From Nageia nagi (lineage: Eukaryota > Plantae > Pinophyta): 64,000 bases of DNA. The notes beneath the pieces are model-generated. The model had not been told where the DNA came from, did no database searches, and saw nothing but the letters and a program-made list of their open reading frames with translations. The first letter of the stretch is position 1. Each line of letters begins with the position of its first letter. Made by a program: the position numbers and the translations under genes. The stretch lies in contig JBITNC010000001.1 of NCBI GenBank assembly GCA_050084985.1, positions 18,352,001-18,416,000 on the forward strand, written 5' to 3'. Of this stretch, positions 53,355-64,000 are shown piece after piece.

Positions 53355-54812
53355 GGGGCGCATCTCAAATTTGTAACTTTTGGAAGCCATGCGATCAAGT
53401 GATAAGAACAATCAATTTAGCTAACTTTGGTTGAAGTCTCCAGCTTAAGGGGCGCACCACCTTTAAGTGATAGAAATTTATATCTTTAAAACCATGTGAC
53501 CATATTCAATTGAGGGTGATTAATGAAAAGTATGACCAAGTACAAAGGCTTTTATAACTTGAATAAGAAAGGTGTCACCATGCCATAGGGTGAGAGGGTG
53601 GTTAATAAGCATGTGTCATTCAATGCAAAAAGGTGATCACATTTCTCCAAAAAGATGAAATAGTAACTTTATAAAATTGTGTGACCAGCCTTAGGGGGAG
53701 AAAATGTTTGCAAACAATAAGCTAAGTCCGCCTTTTATAGTTGCTTTGGTCACCAGGTGGCAATGCCTCAATGGGTAGGAGGGCGGCCTTCTAACAAGTG
53801 TCAAAACTCAGCCATATGCATGCAAAACAAGGTGGTTGTACCCTTTCAAAAAGATGCAACCCTATCTTTTCCAAACCATGCGCCCAAGGGTGAGGCAAGC
53901 CAACATCCCATACTTAGCTAAAAAGGGACTTGGAGGTGATCGCACTTCTTCACGAAGATACAAACTCAACTTTTCAAACCCATGCGACTAGCCTCCAAAT
54001 GCTTAGAATTGAACAATTAGCCATATTCCGGCTCCAAAAGAGGCTCAAGGGATGGCCGCACCCTTTCCAAATGATGGAATTCTATCTTTCATAAACCATG
54101 TGACCAACCTCCCTTATGGCAAATGAAATACTTAGTCAATTTTAGGGGCTCAAAAAAGCTCATAGAGGGGTGGTCGCACCCTTTTAGATAGTTACAAATG
54201 TATGCTTTCCATACCATGCGACCAACAATAGAGGGGACCTCTGGCCAACACTTAGCCAAATTTTGGCTCCCAAAACACCAAAATGAAGGTGGTCGTACCC
54301 TTCTTAATAGTTACAATTGTAACTTCTCTAGACCATGCGACCAACCTTGGAATGTTGTGCTAGGCCAATCTGACAACTAAAGTGATAAAATGAGTATTCT
54401 CTCTTCTTTTATACTGATTTGTCTGAGCCACGTGTCCCTTGGTAAGAGATCCAAATGGAGGTCCAATGAAAGTTATGCTTCAGTCGCTTGCCAAGTGTCC
54501 CACTGATTTCAAAGTTGCAAGAGGGGTTGGTCGCACCTTTTCAAAATGTTACAATTTTAACCTTGCCAAACCATGCGATCAGCCTTAAAATGCTTATGCC
54601 AAGCATTTAGCTGAATTTTGACTCCCAAAAGAGCCTCAAGGGATGGTCGCACATCTTCAACTAGTTGCAAATGTATCTTCTCCAGACCGACCAGCAATAA
54701 AGGAAGTTTGGACCAACACTTAGCCAATTTTGGGGCTCCAAAGGCCAAAAGAGGGGTGGTTGCACGTTTCAAAGTAGTTACAATTTTAACTTTTCCACAC
54801 CATGCGACCAAG
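53355..54812. repeat. ~118-bp tandem array of palindromic units GGTCGCA..AGTTACAATTGTAACT..TGCGACC
   Basis: About 11 copies; catgcgacc-type ends near 53885, 53989, 54105, 54223, 54342, 54580, 54690, 54808. Confidence 0.9.
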
Positions 54813-55347
54813 GCTAGAAGGCTAAAGACTTGGTAAAAGACTTGCAGTTTTTCCAACATGTCTCGGTATTTATAGGCCATCTTAGCACCACGCATCTGCA
54901 ATGTGGGCGGCCACCTTGGGGAAGGATGGTGAGGGCCTTGTGCACGTATGGTCACACTATCTCTAATAATCGGAAATGCATCTTCTTCCAATCATACGAC
55001 CATTGTTTTGAGTGCCCATACTTAGTGATTCTTGCTCAATATTGGCAATATGATTGTTTTCATCGGATACCTTGCGTCTTCTCATTTTTGTGCTCCCGAG
55101 AGTACGTAGAAGGCATTCTTTCATTTGTTGCAAGCAAACATTCCTTCACAAAATGGTCTTTATGATTTTCTAGACTTCTTCGAGGTGGATTTTAAAGTTG
55201 CACTTCAGGCTCATCCGATCACCATTGCCTGTAACCACATTTGCAAAAGTGAACTCCTCACTTCCAAACCTCGTTCAATCTTGGTCCCCGCTTCTTGGTT
55301 GAGGGTCCCCAAATTTTGAAAAATTAGAGGGGTGTTGCCTAGTCAAC

Positions 55348-55480
55348 AAGGGGGGGAGGTGTCCATTGAAGTAAAGATCTATTCACCTTCATGTCCATAG
55401 TCAAGGCCTCTTTTAGGGGCATTCCTCACTTTCAAACAATGCTTTGTTCCTTATAAGACTCCCATTCAAACTTGAAGGGG
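55348..55480 (+). mobile_element. PPT and start of a truncated 3' LTR
   Basis: aaggggggggagg-type purine run (55348-55359) immediately followed by TGTCC at 55360. Confidence 0.65.
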
Positions 55481-55489
55481 ATGATAGAT

Positions 55490-56420
55490 AAGTTTTCCAA
55501 GATAGAATTAATCATTCTGTGCTCTACCCATTCAGAGTTCCTTTTTGAGTTTTTGAAGGCGCCGTTATTTTGCTCTTTCCAAATACTTCAACAAAAATGA
55601 GGGAGGCTTAGAGTCCACAACATTCAAAGCCTTGAACAATTGAAAGGAGTTGACCAACTGAGGCAAAGGTCTGATAAGGAGACAGTGGAGACCCACAAAA
55701 CCTCAAAGAGAGAAAGAAAGAAAGTATATTAATTTCCTTGATTGACTAAAAGAGGTCAACGGGACTAGTAAGTACAATCATGATCGTGAAACCAGTAAAA
55801 CCCCTACTGAGCATCTAAAGAAAGCATAAAAGGGTGATATAAGCAAAAACATCCATACAAAAGATCCAAACCCTAAAGAAAGGGAGGAATAAAATCATAG
55901 TCAGCTAGAGGGAAGTCGTCATGGACCTCTCCAGGGTGAGCGGGCCTTGCTCTCTACCCTGGAGAGTTACCCCGCTGGTCCCTGGGGGATGTGTCTAAAA
56001 GCAGTTGTTTAGAACTATTCAAATTAGATTTGCAGAGATAAAATCTTTTCAGGATTGCCAATCCTCTCTTATGGTGGTTCTCAACAGTGAGGATCTTATT
56101 TCGTTTAGCAAGATAGAAGAAAAAATTGATCTTAGGAGTCAATTGCTTAATCCATCTGTTTGTTAGGGATCCAACCCCACGTTTCTGGTTGAATTAGATG
56201 ATAGGAAGCTTGAACAGTGAACAGACCAGACTTTTCCTCCTTCCAAAGTAATTAGTCTTCAACCTTTCCACACTGCAGGACCTGAGTTCTAAGCAGTCTG
56301 CTTTTCTCTCCTGTAAGTGGAAAACCTGAGCCAGCATACTCCATTTCCTCTATAAAGTTACAACAGTGTCCACTGCAAACTCAGGAAGTTCAGCAGGTCC
56401 TTCATCCATCTATCCTGCCA
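55490..56420 (-). mobile_element. Decayed L1 LINE 3' part (zf-RVT); probably continues at ~48830-49530
   Basis: PKINFFFYLAKRNKILTVENHHKRG..FYLCKS..KQLL (55954-56142); IWKEQN motif near 55585. Confidence 0.7.
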
Positions 56421-56787
56421 GAAGTGTATCTGTCTACTTGGGGTACTTTTTGAGGATCTCTATTTTATGCTGCAAAAACTCCTGCTTTTTTCTGTTTACT
56501 TATCAAAATAAAATGTTACAACAGTGTGCATAGATAAAATTTCTTTCAATTGTGTTCATCATGTATAATAGTTACATCTAAGGTGATAGACAAATGAAGT
56601 TGATTAGATAAGTTCGGCTCCCGTGTATGTAGGCATTGTTGTTGTTTTTCTTTTAAAACTATTTTAGTTTAGACAACTGCAATAATAAGTTCTTCCCTTA
56701 TTTTTTATTATAGAATGAGATGTCTTTTTTTATTATTTGTTTTCATTCTTCAAATGCAAATTTATTTCTTTCAAATTTCAATTTCAG

Positions 56788-56847
56788 TATGAGAATGAAA
56801 TTGACCATAGCGAGCTGGACTTGAAGAATTGGAAACCTATTGGAGAG
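56788..56847 (+). CDS. Ankyrin kinase coding exon 3
   Basis: YENEIDHSELDLKNWKPIGE, the EID.SEL motif preceding Raf-like kinase domains; tttcag/GTACGT boundaries. Confidence 0.9.
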
Positions 56848-57849
56848 GTACGTATTCTATCCATTGTTCTTTCTTTCTTAAAGAAGTACAATGCAAATAC
56901 GTTGTGTGTTGGTTTTAGTGGAAATGTGGTGCTTTTAACTCATCTGTATTCAATATTTTGAATCATATTAAACCCCCTGCAGAAGCTGTCTTTCAATATT
57001 TTCTACCTTAGATGAATTTGTCAATTTCTCCTTTCTTTGAATCACATAGCAAGACCAGAAGATAAAGACAATAAAAATACAAGTTCTTTCCTATTCAGGC
57101 ACTTGGGAAAGTTGAAACTTGTCTAAAATAATCATCGCAAATCACCATAGAGGAGATGATTAGAAAAATGGCATACAAAAAACAAGAGACTCATGCATAA
57201 TGTTTAGTGTGGACTTTGGGATACTAACAAAAACCTAGTTGCAAGAAACATGAAGGATCTCTGCTGTTTCACGTTTTAATGGGTCTGCAACGTGATGCAA
57301 CGGAAAACGCTGTTGCGAATGGAAAATTTCGACTTTCGTATACCCACAACATTTCTTCTGCATTTCGAAACATTTCTTCAACATTTCGCAATGTTTCTTA
57401 CGCGTTTCATTGTTTTCTCAGCAGTGGCAGGAGTTTTTCTCCGATTCAGGGGGCTTCTCTGCAGGTTTGGGTACCATTCTTCCACACAATCCAACACCAA
57501 AACTTCTTCCACACAGCACTCAACCCTCGCAAAACAAAAATAAGTTATACAACGATGGAGAATAGAGAGGATGGATCAACTTATATACCCAACACTTCCT
57601 CTCTCCGATTGGCTTGGAGCCTTGTGCACGGATCCTGCAAATTCGTCGATCTTCACCGTTCATTTCAATATTTGATTGAGATTAGTGGGCATTTGGATTT
57701 TTGACCCAAATCTTTATCCTTCTAACAATTGCAAATAACTTGTAGCGATCAGACATTTACATTTGTTTTTCTAGCGATCTGACATTTGCATTTGTTTTTC
57801 TAGCGATCTGACATTTGATGCACCCCCTCTTTAGGCGCATGTTTTCTCT

Positions 57850-58510
57850 TTTTTCTCACACTTCTATAGCCTAGAAATGTGCGTATAGATGGGGAAGGAG
57901 TAAGCTTATCCAATTTGTAAACTTCCAAGAGCAAAAGTGCTTAGAAATTGCCCTTCCTCAATACCCATGTCTTGGATTTTGCATTCATTTGAGTTCAATT
58001 TTCAACTTTTTCTCATGATCTTCACCAAACTTGCCAAAAGATGAGTAAATTGGAAAATGTGCACCTAGGTAGGGGAGGAGAAGTTTTGATGCTTTTTTGA
58101 AATTTCCAAGAGCAAAGAGTCTTGGTTTCTAATGCTCCATAATACCCATGTTGCACATTTCTTATTAAAAATTTGTCATTTTCAAGTACACAACCATGAT
58201 AGGTGCATGGTTTCTCCTTTTGAGGGGGTAAACTTGAAAATCAGCACCTAGGTGGGAGAGGTAGCAATTTTGGTGCAAAGTTGAAAGTTCAAAGCTTAAA
58301 CTTGTCTAGATTTGCACCCTTCAAAATACCCATGTGCCACATTTTGTCTTTTTAAAACTCCAAGAAGTGTGGAATCCCAAATTTAGCCTCTCATTTTGCT
58401 TGCAAAGTGTAGTAAATTAGAAAAATTGTGCCTAGACACCAAATCTTCAATTTTGCTCATTTTGATGCACTTCCAAGTTTATAGTTGCTCTATTTTGGAT
58501 TCCCCACCCT
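57850..58510. repeat. ~180-bp tandem repeats inside an LTR-like fragment ending at 59105
   Basis: aatacccatgt at 57961, 58141 and 58325; cacctag and ttccaag motifs recur with the same period. Confidence 0.75.
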
Positions 58511-59653
58511 ACCACAACTTCAAACTTTGCATTTGACTTGGATTAAAATTTTCATCATTTCTTTGTAGGCATACTTCAACTCTTCTTGAAGCCATTAAAA
58601 CCATAAAAAATGATTTTAGTGCTCTAGTGAGCATCTTCGATCCTTTTCACAATGTTTCAAGCCCAAATATGCCCTATTTTGAATTGTCTACAATATCATG
58701 CTTTCAAACCTTGAATTTATCATGAAATCACATCTTATATCTTCATTAGGTGTATCTCTTCATCCCTTGACCATTTTCAAGAGCAAAGGTACATAGTTTC
58801 CTGTTTTGCACTTGCCCAATCTTTAGAAAACTATGCTTACTATTTTCAAACGCCATTCTCTAGAGTTAGGAATCCTGAAAGCTCCAAAATTGATAGTCTG
58901 GCACACTGAATTGTCCCATAGCGTCCAGTGAATGGCCTTTGTGAACCATCTTTAGCAGTATCATCTTTTTCAAAACATTCATGATCAATCCTCTGTCATT
59001 CAGGTTGACTCCCTTCACTGTCTTGCTCAAAAGGTGGGTTTCTAGATTTGCAAAAATAGGGTCCCCAAAATCTTGTATTTTGGGGTGTGTTGTGCGGGCA
59101 CAACACCTCTCTTCTTAAGATTATCCATTGTGAAGATTTTTTTTTGGGCTAGTAACCATTATGAGGATTAGATGGATTGGAAGATGTGACTTGATAATGA
59201 CCTTTGAAATTACCTTTACTTTTTTCAATATTTTGGCTTTGTAAGTATGATAATAGGGTCCCCAAAATTTGTTCTTATGATTGATCGATACAATAGATGA
59301 TCTTCAAGGGTTTATTTATATTCTATTAACCAAACTTTTGTAGATAATTTGCTTTACTGTATGTCACGCCTTGGAAAAAGATTAAATGTTTTTTTCCTAT
59401 GCCATCTATCTTTCAGCAGTCAATACTTCGTAACTTAATGCAAGAGAAAGAGGAAACATCAATGAACTATTGCATCCCATGGAGATGAGACATTTGTCTT
59501 GCACCTCAATGATTGGATGATTGCTATGAAAATTAAGAATAAACAATCAAATAGGCAACTTGCTTACTAGGATCTCAAGTGCTAATTCATATGTGCCTTG
59601 TTTATTGTTTTTGTTGTCATTATCAACAAGATAACTTGAAAGGTGTCTAACAG

Positions 59654-59748
59654 GGTGCATATGGAGAAGTTTATTTGGTGAAGTGGCATGGTATTCATGT
59701 TGCTGCAAAAACTATTCGAGCTTCCATTGCTACTAATCCAAGGATAAG
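59654..59748 (+). CDS. Ankyrin kinase coding exon 4 (Gly loop, VAAK lysine)
   Basis: GAYGEVYLVKWHGIHVAAKTIRASIATNPRI; aacag/GTGAGT boundaries, ends phase 2. Confidence 0.93.
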
Positions 59749-60524
59749 GTGAGTAGAGTCAATTCTATGAGGATGATGATACTGACAATGAATATCAGTT
59801 GCCTTTTTATCAAAATATATACCTATTCATGAAGCAGTAAAGCATGATTTTTGAATCACACTTTGATCAAAATAAAAAAGTTAATGCACCATTTTCCAAT
59901 TAAATATTATGTTAAAAAGAAATAAGTTATGTGAAATAATACATTAATACGTCTAAACTTTAACGAAAATTTTAGTTGCATATTATACTAGTTTAATATA
60001 TCATAAATTTTATAATAATAAATTACATATAGTTAGAAATTTATATATAAAGATTCGGAAAACTACTGTTTTGGAGGTGTTTTGGTAAAAGCATTTAAAA
60101 AAGATGTATCATTATGAACTACCAGTTTCTTTTTTTAACAAATTCAGTAATAAAATTATTTATCAGCTATTTGCAACTATATCTCAAAATTTAGGTATTT
60201 CTATTTGTTGAACCTAATGACAAATTTTCTCGGTGACCTATGCACTCCCAAATTTTATTGATTTTGGATTGGAACATGGGCTGGAACCAGGATGTTTGTT
60301 GTTTACTAGATTGGCCTGAAATAATGTATTATATCCTATAATTTTTAGTCTTCGGTGAATTGGCATATAGTAATTCACAAGTTAAAAATATCCACTTATA
60401 CTGTAACAATGTATTGTTTTTGAAATGCATTTTAACTTTTTTATGTTGCAGGGAAATGAATGTCTGGAATATTACATGATTTCCTTTTAAGAACTTACTT
60501 TATTCTGACTTTGTGGAAAATCAG

Positions 60525-60645
60525 CTATAGTTTTAAAAAGGAGCTTGATCTTTGGCAAACGCTACACCATCCAAACATTGTACAACTTTTTGGTGTGGTG
60601 AAGCATCCTGATCGCCTGATTTTTCTTTCTGAGTATCTCCCCAAA
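60525..60645 (+). CDS. Ankyrin kinase coding exon 5
   Basis: YSFKKELDLWQTLHHPNIVQLFGVVKHPDRLIFLSEYLPK; tcag/GTAATA boundaries. Confidence 0.92.
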
Positions 60646-60730
60646 GTAATAATCTTGCTGATGTTTTATTTTCCCCATAACTTGATGCAAATAAGTTGGA
60701 TACTAAGTATAATGTCGTATATGCTAATAG

Positions 60731-60810
60731 GGAAATTTGGATGATATTTTAAGGAGAAAAGGGAGACTTTGTTCCCTCACTTCAGTGAAATATGCACTTG
60801 ACATTGCCAG
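60731..60810 (+). CDS. Ankyrin kinase coding exon 6
   Basis: GNLDDILRRKGRLCSLTSVKYALDIAR; aatag/GTACTG boundaries. Confidence 0.93.
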
Positions 60811-62101
60811 GTACTGTGAATTCTGACAAAAGTTCTTTCTAACATGAAATTCTCTTGTCGACATATAAGAAGTCACTTCAAGAATCAGATTATATGCGAT
60901 TACTTTATGAATAGTTTGTGACACTGTATACAATTTGCAATTCTTTTTCTAGTTTTCAGTCCATGTCTTGAAATGTGTGAGTCAATATGCTTTCCTCTTA
61001 ATAAAATAAGAGAAGCTGTAAGCTCCATCCTAGCAACAAGTGAATATAGTTATTTGCTATGATCTAGTATCAGTTGCAGTATTTACTTGGAATATCTGAT
61101 ACCAATGTATATAATGTTAAATCCATGCTAACGTGCCATTTAAGCAGTGAACATAGACAACAAGCCTCAAATTTTTATCTTATTGTTTGCATGGAATTAT
61201 GCCTTACAAAAAGCTAGAGTCTGTCACTAGGTAGCAGTTAGCCATCTTACAATCCCTTTCTAGAAATAAAGGGAGCTATGCAGAAAACTAAGATCTCCTA
61301 TTAGAACTTCCACGGTGCAGTCTCAACTTCTTTTCAAAATTATTACTGATCTTTTATTGAAAATTCCTATTTATATTGAATGATTTTTGACAATATCAAT
61401 CTACTGGGATTGTGACTTTTCTTAGCACTCTATTACTGCTTTGATGGATGTAATCATAACATTTAACCTCTTTAATTGCACCAATTACTATGGTATTCTG
61501 TATAATAATGAACAGATTTGGCCAATATTTTTTTGGGTTAAAACTTTTAAAATTTGTTCATTCGAAGAATATTCGGCAAAAAACGGAAAACTAAAAATGC
61601 AAAAAATACTAAATTTACATAAAACACATCAAATGCCAATTATTGGGCATTGATTCAGAATATGCAATTTTTACCAAAAAGTTCCCGAATTTCATTTTCA
61701 TTGACTTGGTGAATATTTGGCGACATAATCTGAATAATCACTCAATTTCATAACTATATGTAAGAGTAATGTAAAGGCATAAAACATGCAATGTTCGTTT
61801 GGCATAATCTTTATAGAATCATTATTGATAGAATTACAGAATAGCTGTATGTCTTCTAAGTAACAAACTTCCCTAATCAGCTTGTGAACAAGAAAAATTC
61901 TTTTATGGTAGAGTTGAATTTCCTAGGTTAATATAGTATACAATTGCTTCTATTGAAAAGTTTGTGTCTAATGTAACAAAACTACAAGTGGTTAAATTTC
62001 CCAATTGAAGTTTACGTTATGAAATATTTATTTACGCAATCCGGTTTAACTGACAACTTCTTTTGTTTTCTTCTTGTTTGTTCATCAATGTTTCCTTGCA
62101 G

Positions 62102-62164
62102 AGGAATGAATTACCTTCATCAACACAAACCAAGGCCCATTATACACCGAGATTTGACACCAAG
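62102..62164 (+). CDS. Ankyrin kinase coding exon 7 (catalytic loop)
   Basis: GMNYLHQHKPRPIIHRDLTPR; ttgcag/GTAGAG boundaries. Confidence 0.94.
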
Positions 62165-62289
62165 GTAGAGGCAAAATTATCACTATTTCATTTTAAGAAA
62201 TGCCCACAACACCCACACTCAACCATTTATGGAGTTATTTCTTGAGAGTTGTTGTCTATCATTAATTCCTTTTTCATTTGTTTAAATAG

Positions 62290-62405
62290 GAATGTCTTGC
62301 AGGATGCAGCAGGTCATCTGAAGGTTACTGATTTTGGATTGAGCAGGATAATTCAAGATAAGAATCTTCAAGAACCAGTTAGAATGACTGGAAAGACAGG
62401 CTCAT
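62290..62405 (+). CDS. Ankyrin kinase coding exon 8 (DFG, activation loop)
   Basis: NVLQDAAGHLKVTDFGLSRIIQDKNLQEPVRMTGKTGS; aatag/GTAAAA boundaries. Confidence 0.94.
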
Positions 62406-62547
62406 GTAAAAAGTCTCTCTAGCCTTAAGCTAAGGGGATGCAAAATTTCTATCTTGTTTTTGAATATGATGTGTGACAGTCTTACATTGATGCTTTATAT
62501 ATTGGTTTTGATGGGCTAATTTTAGTTTATTGGTTGATTTATGACAG

Positions 62548-62633
62548 TTCGATACATGGCTCCTGAGGTTTTCCGTAATGAAAGCTATGACAAGAGTATA
62601 GACGTGTTCTCTTTTGCTATGATACTGCAAGAG
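62548..62633 (+). CDS. Ankyrin kinase coding exon 9 (APE); gene continues beyond the window
   Basis: FRYMAPEVFRNESYDKSIDVFSFAMILQE; gacag/GTATTA boundaries. Confidence 0.94.
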
Positions 62634-63249
62634 GTATTATGTAGTTGTGATTGTTGCCCATAAGGCCAAATATCTAAGATACCATACGTGATACATGTCG
62701 TATTAATTTTAAATGTTTAAACTTTAATGTCCAATACCATCTTCATGCATCAACTAATGTTCCCCAACTTTCACAATATCCCTTTGGTTGGAATGGCCAT
62801 GAATTGTGATATCTTACAAATACTGTGCTCTCCTTTCTCTATTCATTTTTCATCAAGAACCTTAAACCAGTTGTTTTGATATTTTCAATTAATACGAGAA
62901 AAACTGATGACTGGAGGATATATCCTAAACTAAACATCCTTAGGCTTTGTGAGTTACCTAATGGTTCTGTATGTATCTCTTTTGACACAATCAAATGCTT
63001 GCAACGACACTCAAAATAATAATCCCAGGCCATAATTTTTTTGTAATATTCACTGGCTTCTATTGGGGACTAGAGCTGTAAGTAATATTTATAATTACAA
63101 AAAAGACCAATTGGAAAATTCATACAGACATCAGCCCATACATATGCATAAATCCTATAGAGTACACTATAAAAACCGTCTAATAGAGTCTATTAATTCG
63201 TTCATGCTTTAAGTCCTGCCTAAGGTTTTTGGCTAGACTTTCTACCCTT

Positions 63250-64000
63250 ATGTTTCATGGGTTTCTAGATCCTAGGGAGATGAACAGCCCTTGGTTGGGC
63301 AACCAGTTTGCTTCCTTATCGACATCCTTTCTCACATTTCTAACTTCTTTAATCTTTTCTCTAATCTAGAACCTTCATGGCCTCCTTGTCCTTCTAGAGT
63401 TAATTGGTTGAAGTCCTTTGACATTGTACAACTATTTGAGAATAGCCATCTATGTATACATCATTCCATTTATGCTAGCAAATAAGATGAAGAGCTCCTA
63501 ATCTGGCCAATGTTTCTTCTTTATTATTAGTTACCTCCCCATATCATTGGCAAAAAGCTATAATGCCTTGATCTTTGTCATATCTATCCACAATGATATC
63601 CCTTGTATTACTCAAATTTCCTTTTAAATTGATTTACATACCTTTTGCCTTTGTTCTTTGTTGTTTTATCCTTCCTAGTCTTGGGCCATACTACATCCTT
63701 CCTAGAAAGACAGATCAAATTCCATCTAGAGAGGATTTCCTTATTTGAAATGTGGATCCTCTTTAGTGTAGATTTGCACACCTTCACAAATGGTCTTCTT
63801 AACTTTGCCAATGATTTCCCAATGCTCAAAACATTTTGAAAATTTTGTGATTTCTCTCTAGCCAATATTCTAGAGAATTACCCTTGGTCCTAATTTGCAA
63901 ATCAGTTGGACAATAAAAGATTTGGAAGGATGAATTTATCCTTTTAAAAAAATTCCAAGAGTTAGACTCTCTTTAGTTCCTCATATTAAAGTACTCTCTA
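63250..64000 (-). mobile_element. Decayed LINE 3' / RNase H-like fragment in an intron
   Basis: Minus-strand remnants IDGYSQIVV and KEANWLPNQG resemble L1 RNase H motifs (EGDS; ADxLA). Confidence 0.45.

Noticed and set aside
56608-56628. 21-nt micro-exon (ISSAPVY) between kinase exons 2 and 3
   Set aside because: Weak splice context, and exons 2 and 3 already join in phase; needs cDNA evidence.

Overview
Eukaryotic plant genomic DNA. The huge TE-filled introns, decayed Ty1/Ty3/L1 elements and style of the gypsy accessory ORF suggest a gymnosperm-type genome (inference). 1-26.6 kb is intergenic retrotransposon debris: a chromoviral Ty3/gypsy, a fused cluster of several related Ty1/copia elements with solo LTRs, and a decayed L1 LINE. 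From about 26.7 kb the window is occupied by one + strand gene for an ankyrin-repeat Raf-like (ILK/VIK-like) protein kinase. Nine coding exons (46475-62633, 307 codons, all GT-AG and phase-compatible) can be assembled, and the 3' end lies beyond the window. A probable 5'UTR exon ends at 27180, followed by a ~19.3 kb intron packed with nested hAT-type MITEs, a copia and at least six TSD-flanked solo LTRs. The most unusual element is a gypsy remnant in intron 3 carrying an antisense ~1,080-codon accessory ORF, a TATA box facing it, and an intervening ~118-bp-period array of double palindromes; an analogous palindromic array occurs in a second element. All alignments and counts were done by eye.
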